A stretch of 64,000 nt of DNA from Azolla caroliniana (GCA_043228905.1 JBHGNT010000008.1:14880001-14944000), one strand, 5' to 3'; numbered from the stretch's first letter, positions 46,739 to 59,944 are shown. Translations and numbers: made by a program. The notes: generated from the sequence alone by a model not told the origin.

Positions 46739-49700
46739 TCAAATTGAGTTTGAGTTAACGGAAGCACCGGGTCCGTATCCCGATTTTTCCACATATTCAC
46801 TTTTGTTGGTAACATGTTTGTTGTTATCCGGTAACGCCGGCTTTGCCGGCCTATTAGGTAATTCTTCCCTGCTTCCTACTGTTGTATCAGCCTCCGTCTG
46901 TTCAAACAGGTTCTGTGGCATCGGTCCACAATACGGTTTGAGTTGAAAGCAATTGACCCATTTGCCCATGATCTCATCGGCGAGCGTTCCGAGCTGGTAT
47001 GAACCGTTGAATTCTCGTTGTCGTGAAGATCCGTCATTACGTGTGGATCGTGACTCAAAACCGCCGGGGTTCTTGACCAGAAGGATTTGAAGTTTACGCT
47101 AGTTTTAGCGAGAAAGTATTTAAGATAGATTGAGAGAGATTGATATGGCGAGAGAGAGATACTGAAATAAAGATTTAACTCTTGATTTTAGATTTGAGAG
47201 AGAAGATACATCAACAATAGGGTTACAAGTCTCTTATTTGATCATCCAAAAAAAATTCATTACCTTTCATATTTTTCCTCCTCCCTTTTATAGATGCCCT
47301 CATGCATTTGAGGGTACAAGACATACATAAAATGCATGTTTGCCATTTGGCACTCATGTATTACATGTGGAGCATGATAACCATGTCACTCATTTTAGCT
47401 CTCATGTATGAGAGTTTACATGTAAAGTTACAATGATAAAAATATAATTTCAAGAAAATGTGTTGGCTTAGTGGTAAGCCTATTGACTCTTAACTTAGAG
47501 GTGCAAGGGTCAAATGTTTACTTTCCTTCCTTGTGTATATGTATAAATATTTATTTATTTATTTATCCATCTAGCCACCGGATGCCAGTTACCGTTCCGT
47601 CGCCGATTGTCGGATGTCGGTTACCGTTCGGTCACCGGATCCCGGTTCCGTCTCCAGTCGCCGATCGTTGGTTACTGTTCGGTCGCTGGATGCCGCCGGC
47701 TCACCGGCTCCGTTGTCGGTCCGGTTTTGGTTGGCCAAAACTTTTGGAAGTAGTAAAGCCACACCCATTCATCTAATAGCTTAGTTCAAGTCACCTTGAA
47801 CTCTCTATGCTCCACACATAGACACAAAGATAATAGCTTTTGCTCTACCTTATATATGGTGAGATCCTCCTTTGTCTTGTATATGTGGGATATCTCACAA
47901 TTTTATTTTTCTCTTTGTCTTTGCAAACTTCCTACCGACATAAGTTGACACTTAGATGTCCGTTTCTTATGTAGTAAAGTGCATCTCAAAGCTCTTCAAG
48001 ACCTCCATCTTTTTGTACTAAGATATTAAACATACTTAAAATATTATTTTCACTATTATTGTTTTATATGATTCATACTCGATTTCGTATGTTTTATGCG
48101 ATTTTCACACCATTGCCGAAAATCTTCACGACACCGTGTTATCTAATACGGTCTGGTCCACCGGAACCGTAGCCTTCCCGGCATTTGACCCATCCGGGTC
48201 TAGAACACCAATACCGGCTTGCCGATCCCAAACATCTTCTCATTTCCCTTCCGGTGCCGATCGACAAACACCTTCCTTCGTCGTTGTTCTAGTTCCAACT
48301 ACATGAGACTAGCTAGCCAATGTTCCTCGAGTTCGCATAATGCGGCTAACTGGATTTTTTCCGATTCCTTTTCACTTAGTTGTTCTTTAACCTATATTTG
48401 CAAACTCGGAACCTGAAATTTGATCGACATTACTGCTTCAAGCCCAAACGCTAACCGGAATGGTGTTGACCGGATACTCGTTTTGTATGTCGTCCGGTAT
48501 GCCCATAGTGCAAGCTTGGTGTCCCAATCGGTTCGGTTTTCATAGACGATCTTTTGCAGGATGTTTTGGAGCGTTTTGTTCGTGGATTCGGCCAGTCCAT
48601 TGGCCTGTGGATAATAAGGGGTATTGCGCTTGTGCACCACTGCATAGAATGTCGTTAAGCTCTCCACTACTTGACCGAGAAAATGTCCGCCTTGGTCGCT
48701 AATTAATTCGATCGGGCATCCATACCGGCACCAGATGTACTCATACAAGAACTTTGCCATTGATGTCGTAGTGTTGTCCTGCAAAGCCTTGGCTTCTACC
48801 CACTTGGTGCAATAATTAGTGGCGACTATGACATATCTGTTGCCGGTTCTCATTGCCGGAGATTTAAATGGCCCAACAAAATCCAACCCCCATTTCTAAA
48901 ATGGTTCTAAGGGTAGCACCGGCTGGTGGGGCATCCTTGCCTATTCTGTTGGTTGGCCCATCCGTTGACATAAATCACAGACTTTCCCATACCGAACCGA
49001 GTCCTTCAGTGTCGTCGGCCACCATAGCCCGTTGTGCCATATCTTTCTTGCCGTAGTGTCCCCGGCATAGTGCCCTCAAGCAACGCCACAATGCGCTTCT
49101 CATACTATTGTGTCTTTTTCGTCGCTTCGCACTGCTCGCCGCCATATGCCATCCGCGCCTTTGTGGTACAGGGTGTCCTGTAGTAGACAAAAATGTCGGC
49201 TTTGCACCGCTAACCGCTTCCGCTTATCCTGGTTCATCTCCTCCGGTGGAAGTCTCGTGCCTAGGAATTGATGCATGTTGGTTAGCCACTTGTCTTCGTC
49301 GACTACCGTGCTATCGGTTGTCGTTTCGGTTGTTACTTTAAACAACTCAGCATCTGGAAACTCATCTGGGACTGCATCTCCGGTCTCACCAGAGTCTAAC
49401 CGGCTCAGATAATCGGCAACCGCATGTTGTATCCTCATCCGGTGATATATTTTGAACTCGAACTCTTGTAGCAACAATGTCTATCGGGCTAGCTTGCCGA
49501 TGTGATGCCTTTGAGACCAAATACAATAGCGCTGAGTGGTTGACATGGAAAGAAAATTTCCTTCCCAATAAATAGTGCTTGAACTTGGTAACACTGTGAA
49601 TCATCCCTAAGGCTTCTCTTTCCGTTGTCGAATAATTTCGTTCCACCTGGGATAGCTTCCGGCTAGCATAATAGACCGGTCGATACCATTTCGGTTCAGC

Positions 49701-52700
49701 CAGTTGCATTAGTGCGCTGCCAATTGCTATGTCGGACACATCCACGAACACATGGAAATTCTTTTGACCAGTCCGGTGGTTGCACCACTGGTGCTTGTGA
49801 TAGTAGTACTTTTAGTGCCCCGTAAGCCTCATCCTCCGTATTCGTCCATTGGAACGGTGTCCGGTGAACCGCGGCATGCAATGGTGTCACCGGATTTGCC
49901 CTAGAAACCGACTCAAGGCTTTGGTCGTCGATGTTGCCGGTGCTTCTAAGATTGCCTTCACCTTATCGGGTTCTACCGCGATCTCGTCCTTGCTGACCAA
50001 ATGGCCCAGCAATGCACCGCTTGTTACTCCGAACACACACTTTGCTGGATTCAGGCTTAGCCGATAATAACTTCTGCATTTCTCAAGACATAGTCAGGGG
50101 TGTTGGAGATGTTCTCCTTCTCGGCTATACACGGCAAAGTCATCCAGGAATACCTCCATGAATGCCAGAATGAACTCGCCAAATATTTCCATGATTATTC
50201 ATTGGAAGGTCGCCGGTGCGGTTTTGAGCCCGAACATCATTACCACTGCGACAAAGACTCCCCATTCAGTGACGAATGTCGTCTTGTCTTGGTCGTCGGG
50301 GTGCATCGTTATTTGATTGTAGCCGTTGAAATGGCGGTGGAAAGGCATCGGTCACCGTCGCCGCATTGAGTTTCCGGTAATCAACGCACACCCGGAACCA
50401 TTCTTTTTCGGCACGAAGACTATGGGACTTAACCATGTGGCTTTTTTCACTGGTCGGATAAAACCGACCCATAGCAACTTGTCAATTTCCTCTTTGACTT
50501 TTGCCGCATAGTTAGGGTTCATCCGTTTGGCTACCGGTTTGGCATCCTTACTGAGGTGTATTTGGTGTTGGTACAATTGAGGATCCAGCCCCCACATGTC
50601 TTCATAGGACTAATCAACTGAGGCGAATACATCCCGGAATTCCTTTAATAAGGTGATCATCGCCGTCTTGTTGCCCGGTGACATTTCCTTAACAATATGA
50701 ACTAGTCTGGCGTCGTCCCCAGTCCCTAAGTTCACTTCCTCTAACTGGGATGCTTTCACGCGTTAGGATACCTCCATCTCCTTCTCCAGAGCTTCTTGTG
50801 CTTGCCGTAATTCTTTGATAGCTTCCCGATCCGGCTCGTCGATGGTGTCGTCTGATTGCATTCTATATGGTGACACTGCTTCCACCACATCGATTTCAAA
50901 TAGGGGTACAATTTTTGGGTTTTCTTCTAAATACTAGTCGACCTCTTTGTCCGCAAGCCCCTTGAGCATGTTTACACCTTCTGCATATAGCGGTGTCAGC
51001 TCCTAGCCGGTACTGGCTTGAGGGTGGGTAGGTACCCTTATTTTTGTCTTCCCTTGTCGGAAGGTAATCATGTATTTCCGCTAGTTTTGTTTGATATGCG
51101 CCGTTTTTAGCCATGGGCGGCCTAGCAACAGTGGGTAAGCCCCTTGCGCATTGAGTTGGAGAACCACTACCGAAATGCGAAATGCTTGACCTCCGATTGT
51201 TACATCTAGATCCCATATCAAACCAGTAGGTCTTACCGAACTTGTATCTGCCATCTGGAGCCAAAACGGGCAAGGCTCCCATTCTTGGATTCCCAGGGTA
51301 TTACAAGTCCATAAACTGATCACGTTCACGCCTGATCCTTTGTCCACAATCGTCGTTCTTTGACGATGGCAGTGATTGCCAGACTGTTCGTGTCTACCAC
51401 TGTTGGCCCTTCTTCCGGATTTGAGAAGAGCGCAGGAGCCGGCAACAGAATTGATGTGGTCATTCATGATGTTAGCCCTTCCGTAAATCGGGGCACTAGC
51501 TGTAATAACCGACCCAATGGCAACGTAATCTGACATTCTTGTAACGCTTGCCATGTTGGGTTTTCCAGTTGAATCGTGTCGGTGGCCCCTTCCGGTTTCT
51601 CCTTTTGTTGTTCAAGCTCAGCCACATTTTGCTCATTTGCCTTCTTCACCCACTCGGTGGCTTGCTTTCGGATTGCCTCATGTGTTTCCCACTCCGTTGT
51701 TTTGCCTTTTGCCCTGGTGGTGACTTGTTGTATATCGGCAACTTCTGCTACCACCATATTTACGGCTGGTCTTTTCTCGTAGCTTTTAACCGGACACTGA
51801 TTACTATAATGTCCTTCTTGCCGGCAATAGTAGTACTATGCTTTCCGAGTGTTGTTGGATTCGGCGTTCGCTCCGGTACCCGGTTGAGGTCCTATTGGTG
51901 GTCGGTTAGGTGCTTGGTCGGGTTGGGTACTTGGCGTGCCCTTGTTTGGCTGCCATTGGCGGTCCTCCTTTCTAGCGTTCCATTTTTTGTTGAAGCGTTT
52001 TTTGTGCTAGTAATCCTGTCGGGGCCGGTTTTCATAGTTTCCTTGATCCTCCCTCCGCTGGTTGTAATTGGGGGAGTGATCCCGGTTGTATCACTCGTAT
52101 CGTTCACCATTGTAATCTCGGTAGCTATCATGCAGGTCTCGGTCGTGAGCGTCCTCTCTGTCGTTGTTCCGGATATCTTGCGTTGGCCGGTAACGCTCAT
52201 CTCGCCGCTAGCGTTCTTCTTCCTCCCGGTTGTTCCGCGGTTCGATTTGCCTTACCAGTGCCGCTTGCCGGTTCAGCAAGTTATATTCGCATCGGTCCAT
52301 TGTGTGCGTTTTGCAGTGGCATAATATGCACTGTGTTCGCATGGTACATTCTATTGCCAAGTTCCCAGCATTGAGACAAGTCGTACATTGTATAGCTTGC
52401 CGGAACCGTAGGTCATCTTCTGTCGGTAATGTATGTTGGAGTGCCCCCATTGTTAGCCATGAGCTTGTTTTCTCCATCTCCCTGACCCATTCTATGACTT
52501 AGTTGATTGTGCTGGTGCGGAAATTGATCAATGCGCACACCGTATGCAGGGGTTCCCTGAGTGCGGCTAGGAATATTGATTTCGCCTCTTCCTCCGGTGG
52601 TGCTCGATTTAGCTGACTGTGCATTCGCTGGAACCGGATTACGAATTGTTGGATGGTTTCCGTAGGTTCCTGCCATATGGTGTAGAATAGGCCGACCTTC

Positions 52701-53480
52701 TCCCGTTGATCCACCTCCCTATTGAAGAATAGTAAAAATCTGGTTTCTAAGTCCTCAAACGTTGTGAAGGTGCCGGGAGTGTGCGTCAAGCGCCTTCGCG
52801 CGGCTGGTCCTTCCAAGGTCATGCCGAACTTTGCAATCTTCGAGCGTTCTGCTTCAGCGACGGTCAAGCAATGCGACACATGGTTTGCTTCCCATGTTTG
52901 CAGAAATGCATAGACATGAGCTTCTGCGTCCGGATCATCCCGGTACTTGGGATATTGGAACGGCATGTCGTCGTCCGGTGTCGGAGGTCTCTCCTCCTCT
53001 TCTTTCGGTGTCGGAGGTCTTGCCTCCTCTTATTCTAGTATCGCACATGGCGGTGTCGGAAGTTGATCTGCCACTTGCCGATCTGGGGCTTCTACTTTCG
53101 TTAACTCCGGTTCTGGTGTCAGCAAGGCATCCGACTGCTCGTCCTCCGGTCCGTTTGGGGTGTCGTGGCCGCTACAGTAATTCGAATGGGCATTGCATTA
53201 ACCGTCTGAAGGCCGAGAATGGTTCCAAATTGCCTCCCCTGTCGCTAGTGCCTACAGAATGGATTCCGCGTACTGGAGATTGCTCAAGCTGCTTCCTTCG
53301 TCCGAATGGGAATTCTTCTGTCCGCGGAGTGACTCTGCAGCGACTCATCGGATTACTTTGGAAAATGAGCGATCCGCACGGATCTCTTCTACCCCCTGTT
53401 GGAAAGCCTCTCGCTTCCGCAATCGTTCGGCAAGTCTTCTTTCACGCTCCGTAACCTAGTCGTATGTTGGTCTAGTCATC
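46739..53480 (-). pseudogene. pol: Element G gag-pol, degenerate; IN tail interrupted by J
   Basis: YPKYRDDPDAEAHV (gag), IVDKGSGVN..LLGRPW (PR), VCVDYRKLN (RT), VDVSDIAIG..TTEREAL (RH), DFVGP..ISDQG..NGLAESTNK (IN). Confidence 0.9.
47019..48133 (-). mobile_element. Solo LTR of family J inserted in the integrase GPY/F region of G
   Basis: Perfect 12-bp inverted termini TGTCGTGAAGAT / ATCTTCACGACA; 4-bp near-TSD TCGT / CCGT; minus-strand TATAAAAGGG ~47290. Removing it restores GPY.ITREFNGSYQL. Confidence 0.82.
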
Positions 53481-53517
53481 CATGCCCACCGTTGTCCGCT
53501 ACGTTTGTGCAGGAATC

Positions 53518-53527
53518 GTGGTCGCCA
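53518..53527 (-). promoter_or_regulatory. Sense PBS of element G (TGGCGACCAC, tRNA-Arg-like)
   Basis: TGG-starting motif 7 nt downstream of the 5' LTR on the coding strand. Confidence 0.7.
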
Positions 53528-53534
53528 AAAACTA

Positions 53535-53995
53535 TGTTATCTCTAGGGCTGGACAATGGCCTGACACAGGGTGTCCCTTTGAGACACTTTACCAAAGGGG
53601 TGTTGCGGTAAGATAGAGTTAGAGAGACTATTAATGGAACCCTAATTGGTTAGTAGCAGCAATATCATAAATCACAATACATGCGTAGGATAAATTACAC
53701 TTAGCACAGAACGGTAATTAACCACGATTAAGATACAAAACAACAACACTATATTAATTATCCGCTAATGATTACAATCTAACCGACCCTTTTTATAGGT
53801 CTCCGTTTTAGGTACAAACTGGTGCCAACCGGCATCCGGCTACGAACCGGTCCGGATCTGGATCGGCATACCGATTCCATGTCCGTCCGTTTGCTTCTCT
53901 AATCATAATAATTCTATGTAAATATATAATCAGCTCCCGGTTATTAATTATCCCCTCATTTCCCATTCTGGACTTCCCTTGCGGGTCGGCTAACA
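53535..53995 (-). repeat. 5' LTR of element G
   Basis: Direct repeat of 29779-30238. Confidence 0.93.
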
Positions 53996-56063
53996 AATGG
54001 CATTTCCAAAGTCCAATTATCACTAGTTACACAATTTTCTATAATTCCTTTCTGATCACTATAAAACACATCCCACCATGACGTGTCTTGTTGTGCGGCA
54101 TATTTCTTTGCAGCCTCAATATGCTTCCTTTTTTCTGTTAAGGCAAGTTAGAGCCATAAGTGTTTTTTTATCTCCTACCAAGTCACTATGCAACTGTACT
54201 TTCGTCTCAATTGGCATTTGTTTAGCCCCATAGACTATTGTACTAGGCATACAAAGTAAGAACTGGTAACCGCCTTCAGGTTCCCATTTTGTAGAAGATG
54301 AATATTGCTTGCCATACAAAACCGTCGAACCACCTATATCATTTTTCTTTATCACAAAAATTTGATTGAAGCTTATATTGTTTAAGTGGGCGAGCACTTT
54401 AACATTCTCATCATCCCCATCTGATATATATCTCTTAAACTCATATAACTCCAAGTGTAACACTTTTGGGTGTGGTGTGTATGCATCACAAATGACATCA
54501 AATAGTTTTTGTAATGTGAAAGCATCATGCCGAGACAACTATCTAGAGAATGTGCTAAACATCTGATCTATATGATCATGTGTGGCCAACCAAAAGAAAA
54601 TCGAGTTTCCCTTTTCTAAACAATCCTTGGTTGACCAACATACTTAGATAGCCAAACACAGTTGAATTTTTTTTCTCTCAGAGCAGTATTGTCCAATTGA
54701 ATGTAGAGAACAAGGGGGAAAGGTTGGCCCCAAGACATCAAAACTCGGTGAATCACTGTAACTGTTACGTTAGGGTCATTGTGAACATTAGGGTATGTAA
54801 TGAAGATGTGAGGTCTAACTAACATATCATAAGCCAAGGATCCTACCAAGTGCATTTCAACAAGGCACTCATCATTGATGTCTTTGGGGAACCTTGGCAT
54901 ATGAGGTAAGCACATCTTCTTCTGGTCCATGCCATCAATCATTAAGCACATGTATTGTTCGGGCCTCTTCAAACACTTCTCTCTATGTTGCATCACCTTC
55001 TTTTGTTCTAACGATTGTGCTTCACGATGCTCCTGTAGTAACTTCTTATTGATATCTTTTTCCATTGTTGTCTTTGCACCTTTAGCCAAACTTTTACGGT
55101 TCGCACAAATCGAACAATACCCCATGCGCACTTTACGTGGAATAATAACTTTTGAAAACCATGTTCTCCACAATCTTGTGAATTGGTTGTATGTGACGTA
55201 TTCATCACTTGATAATAGCATTTCTGATCGATAGACATCATAAACTTCTCGACATGTGTAATTATCAGAGAGGTGCATCCTGCCTGTAGTGGGCATTACT
55301 TCACAATTTAACTTGAAGTAAATTTTCATCCGACCAATAGCATGTCTTCCAATTGCACCTTTCATACTTGGAACCTCTTTACAATTGACAATGTGATCCC
55401 CACTAAGAAGACATTGTTGTACTCTATGTAGCCACATATTACTAACACATAGCGCAATCTTGAATGCCTCTCTACATATTTGTTGCACATGGAAGATATA
55501 AAACTCAAATGATACTTTGATCGCTGAAGAGTTTTCAGACACCAATTGCATATGTGAGCCAAGGTAAGTGTCTTGCTCATCACTAGTCATCGAAAAATAG
55601 TAACGTCTTAATTCTCACAACTTTGCTTTTCCAATTATTGACAGACAGCCACGACCATAACATGTTTTGTTGACATCAAATCCAAGTTGCTTATCTGATG
55701 TCACCAAGTTAAATCTTTCCAAACGAATTCTATGTGGGATTCTTCTAATATGCATCGGGCTTCCCAATTTCTTTTCGTCACTAGAAATAGGGGTAACCAC
55801 ATTAGAGTCAATTATGTTGTTGTTAGGTTGATCCCCCATGATCTTCGATGTTTGATTGGAATTATCTTAATTGTTTGTATCTTTATTGACATCATATTCT
55901 TCAACAGAGAACTCTTCACATGAGGTATAGGAGAAGATGAGCTCAAATAATATTCTTCGACAGAAAATGATGTATCTGTTCACAAACAATACTCTTTAAC
56001 TGAAAACATTGAGTCGGTTGACAAACAATACTCCTCAACCGAAAAGGTTGAGTTTTCACTCAT
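53996..56063 (-). pseudogene. Sola-like DDD DNA transposase (N-terminal and catalytic part), frameshifted
   Basis: CSIC..HREAQ, LMIDGMDQKK, LYIQLDNT and FLLVGHT-HDHIDQMFS motifs. A TATA-like stretch at ~56143 lies upstream. Confidence 0.7.
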
Positions 56064-56819
56064 GGCTTAAGATCCAAACACAACTCTCAAAATTATGCGC
56101 TTAAGCTACTATAAGAGATTGAAACAAATGATAAGTGCCTCTATATATAAAAGCTCCCTCAATCTAATGTCCATAAAATTTATTATTATATAAAATAAAT
56201 AAATAATCTAATAAAGAAAGATATTATTATTATATAAAATATATTTTATTCATTTCATTAGCCTTACTCGAATAGTCTATATTTAAAATATATTAATATA
56301 TACATAAATTTATTTTATACAATATTATTCATATAGTCTATAATCAAAATATATTTTATTGTATATATATAATCTATATTCAAAATCATTAGGGAGTCAT
56401 AAATATGTAAGTGTAATCTAAATCATTTGTCCATTAATGAAGATCACAATCATTTAAAAGTGCCTAAGTGTGTATTATATTAAATATATATAATATTCAT
56501 ATACATATACTATATATTCATAATCATTAGAGCGTCATAAATATGTAGGTTTCATCTCAATAATTGGTTCGTTAATGAAGATCATAATCATTTAAAAGTA
56601 CCATTCCTCACGTGTGAATAGAATTCCTAATCCCCATCTGAGAAAGAGGAAAGTATATTAAAATTTTCCTTTATTTCATTCATTGGTGTTTATAATCCAA
56701 CATAGAAGAAACAATACAATCTATAATGAGCAATCATTAGTGACCTATGATTCCGTGCCATAAATACAAGTGGGACACAACTATTACCACCAACAATGGC
56801 TAAGTGCATACGTACTACC

Positions 56820-57262
56820 TGTAACTATAACTATAAATACCATAGAGTACTTAATTGACTAAAATTTAAGTAACCTATAACTCACATGCAATACCTACCT
56901 CAGGACCCACCTTTGTACTAACCAAAGGGTACTAACAACTAACTAACATAGGGGAACTAAGTTGGATGTAACCCAACTATGATTAAAATAATTGTACTTA
57001 CTTTAACCATGGTTTTAAAGCCCTATAAATAGGAGGACCTTCTCATTTTCCAGATCTCACACACACAATCGAGACCCAGAGCACTCAACGCCCAAGAGCA
57101 CATGAAGCATCACCAATGCAAGAGCACACGACCAAATCCTATCACAAGCAAGCCCGAAAATCATGTCGTCGGAGAAGATTGAACGCACGGACTCCAGGTA
57201 AGATACTAATTGTACAGAAATTTATAATTTCAATCCTTTCTAACCATTAAGGAACATTCACA
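56820..57262 (+). repeat. Possible solo LTR of an unassigned family
   Basis: TGTAA..TCACA ends and CTATAAATAGGAGG promoter motif ~57023. The flanks TACC / AACC match only partly. Confidence 0.35.
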
Positions 57263-57276
57263 AACCCTGATTCATA

Positions 57277-57615
57277 CAGGAACTCGATGCGGCGTATCGA
57301 GGTTTTGTTTGAAGTCCTTCTATGAACTGGACCTCAATATAGCATATCGAGTTTGTGTTCACAATAGACCTTTTGAACGCCAACTTGATACAGCGTATCG
57401 AGTTGGCGTTTAAAAGTTCTATTGTAAACACAAACTCAATACAAGAATAGATACAAACTCGATACGGTGCATCGAGTTTGTGTTTAATGTATAGGTTTTA
57501 ATAACAGCCTTGATACTCCGTATCGAGTTGGTGTTGAAAAGGTCTAGGGCGTATCGAGTTTGTGTTTACAATAGACCTTTTCAACACCAACTCGATACGG
57601 CGTATTGAGTTCCTG
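57277..57615. mobile_element. MITE/foldback element built from palindromic ~51-bp units
   Basis: TIRs CAGGAACTC(G/A)AT..CGTATCGAG at both ends; left flank TA, right flank TC; ~8 copies of AACTCGATACGGCGTATCGAGTT. Confidence 0.75.
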
Positions 57616-58429
57616 TCTAAATAAGAACATTTCCAACAATATCCTTATCCAAACACAGTTTTATATGGCAACTAGAGACATTTTAACAGAATTAGTTGAA
57701 TTTTGAAACAATTAGGGAATATGACATGAAGTCTCAAAAAATATGTGTAAATACCCAATAATTAAAACTAATTACATCATAAATAACCATATCTTTGTAC
57801 ATTTAAGATACATTACGTTCGCTAGACCTAGAAAAATTCTCAAACCTAATTTTATCGGAGAATAGTCGAAGAGACATTTAAATATACAATTGACGTCCAT
57901 TAGTTCCACCTCAGGCAAAACCTTTCAATGAAGGGAATGAAAGAAAACGCTAGCTAGTATTAGTAATTGTCTAGTTAATACGTTAAATTTGATTACAGGC
58001 TAAACCTCAGGACCCGACTAACATATATTTTCCCACTTCCTCTCTTAAATAGGTCTTTTGAGAACCTCATGGACCGTCTTGTTAAGAAAATTAAGCTAAA
58101 ATATCAAGGGTCACCAGTGGAGAACCCGAAACAACTAGTTGCACATAACGTGAAAAAGGGAAAGAGACTTTTTTTTCACGAGGATGATAGAGAACAACTG
58201 TCTAATGAAGTTAGTCAAAAGAAGATGGCTACAAAAATTGGTGGGGAGGACCTTTCTAACTGTGACTTGATGGCTAACGGGTGGTGCACGTAGTATGTCA
58301 ATTTGAAAAAGAAGGTTGTGTTGTATACCGCCGAAAAGAAGGGGGACAATCAACTTGATAAGGTGTCAGTCGTAAAAAGGGGTATGGCCGTATCTTACGC
58401 CTTGACTACGAAGACCATGAATCCCTCAA

Positions 58430-59595
58430 TGTTATTGTAATGGTGGTGTCATGATATCACGCTCAACTAGAGTTAGTTCCTTAGTCAACCATCTAACTAC
58501 ATAGTTACCTAGATAGAATCTAGTTAGAAGTGTTCACTATAACACCTTAAATAGGACCTTGTACTTAAGTGGGATATTCTAGATCCACCACTCCCTAGTA
58601 CATTTAATATAGGACTTACACCCTTGTACCTATATTCTCCTCACACATGTGCACCCGTGCACATGAGATCTATATATGCCTCATTGTGGGTATTTTTGTA
58701 CTTGATGACGCATTTTAATATAGTTACTCATCCCCCAAAATGTAGTTGGGTGAAAGCATGGGAATGGGAACAATTAGCTATGTCCTTGACATAGCTAATT
58801 AGCTATCTAATTAGCTACATGTAATCTGTATATTTTGGCAATTTTAGGGATGATTAGAATTTGATCTCAAATAAAGACTAGCTAAACGGTGGACCATAAA
58901 TGGTAATATTTCCATCCCCATCATAAATGATACGTATCTTTAAGATCTTCCTACTAAAAATTAGCTATAAAAAAAACTATTTAGCTGTGGTCAATTTACT
59001 AGCTAAATAGCTATAATAGTGTTTCCATTCGCATGCTTTCACCCAGTTGTGCATAAGTGTATCTTCCTCTCTCTCTCTCACACACACACACACATATCAC
59101 ATAATCTTCCACGCTTAACTTAATCACATAATTAGGTACTAATTAACCCTTGCTTAATTACCTAATTTTCAACATGTTATCAGATTGTGTGGTTTAGAAA
59201 ATCCACTAAGCCCACCCGACTCCGTGATTGTGTGTTCAAGACACCGATGACAAAATTCGGGTATCCACTACAATAATGCCGCTACGTATCGCATGTATGT
59301 GATCGAAGGAAGAAAAGCAAAAGAAGAGAAGACACTAATCAACATGAACACACAAATGAGTAGCTCGCTCCCTAGTGAAAAGCTAGACCGGAGCAATTAT
59401 TCATCTTGGGAGTACAAGATGAACCAATACCTCGTCGGCCAAGGGTATTGGAGCTACATCAACGACGCTCGAGAAAATCAACCCAACCCAAACAATGTCG
59501 ACTACTCAACATGGGAACAAGCAGCAAATCGAGTCATGTATTCCTTGGAAACATGAGTCCACAACCACATGATTAGCCACATTCAAGACGCCAAG
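58430..59595 (+). mobile_element. 5' fragment of a copia element related to F/C (LTR, degenerate PBS, gag start)
   Basis: LTR end CAACA at 59174, then TGTTATCAGA. Gag reads MNTQMSSSLPSEKLDRSNYSSWEYKM. The left boundary is uncertain. Confidence 0.7.
58748..59044. mobile_element. MITE with GGG..CCC TIRs and a 4-bp TSD
   Basis: TIR GGGTGAAAGCATG(G/C)GAATGG(G/A)AACA at both ends; TSD AGTT (58744-58747 / 59045-59048); internal TAGCTA repeats. Confidence 0.85.
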
Positions 59596-59944
59596 TGTTA
59601 TCCGTATAGCTATACGGGAGGGTTAGGTGTAATCTGGAAGGTGGTGTGTAGGGTGTAATATGAAATGTGAATGTGTGAGTGTTAGGTGGCATAAGTAGGT
59701 GTACGTACATCCATTCGGCTTTTTGTAATGATCACATCTTGTGCTATTACCACCTGTGGGGCATGAAAAAAAGGAGAGAAATATATTGAAGTTACCCTCA
59801 ACTTGTGTCTATCTCGATTCCCTCTCTCTCATTCATTCTCTGTCTGTGCATCTCTCCCTCCCTCTCTCTCCCCTCACATTCGAACCCCCTTGGGAGAGGG
59901 GTGGAGCCACCCCCCACCCATAAACACATGGCACACCCTATGGC
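59596..59944. repeat. LTR-like fragment (family K) interrupting the copia gag
   Basis: Abrupt TGTTA start where gag homology stops, and a CT-rich tract. The other end is outside the window or lost. Confidence 0.45.

Larger units (their letters stand above)
29779..53995 (-). mobile_element. Non-chromoviral Ty3/gypsy element G (Athila/Tat-like) with an extra 3' ORF; hosts H and J
   Basis: LTRs 53535-53995 (5') and 29779-30238 (3'); TSD AATGG (29774-29778 / 53996-54000); minus-strand TATA ~53790; gag-PR-RT-RH-IN on the minus strand. Confidence 0.93.

Noticed and set aside
51548-52324. 258-aa hydrophobic plus-strand ORF as an env/membrane protein
   Set aside because: It is the antisense shadow of the purine-rich G gag-PR linker, with no independent support.
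56160-56600. AT-rich region with a ~140-bp imperfect duplication
   Set aside because: Low-complexity upstream region of the DNA transposon; no function is supportable.
57277-57615. CRISPR-like repeat-spacer array
   Set aside because: Spacers are largely variants of one sequence in both orientations, the array is bounded by TIRs, there are no cas genes, and the context is eukaryotic TE DNA.
58069-58293. 74-aa ORF as a host gene
   Set aside because: It is short, with no recognisable domain or exon structure, and lies among TE debris.
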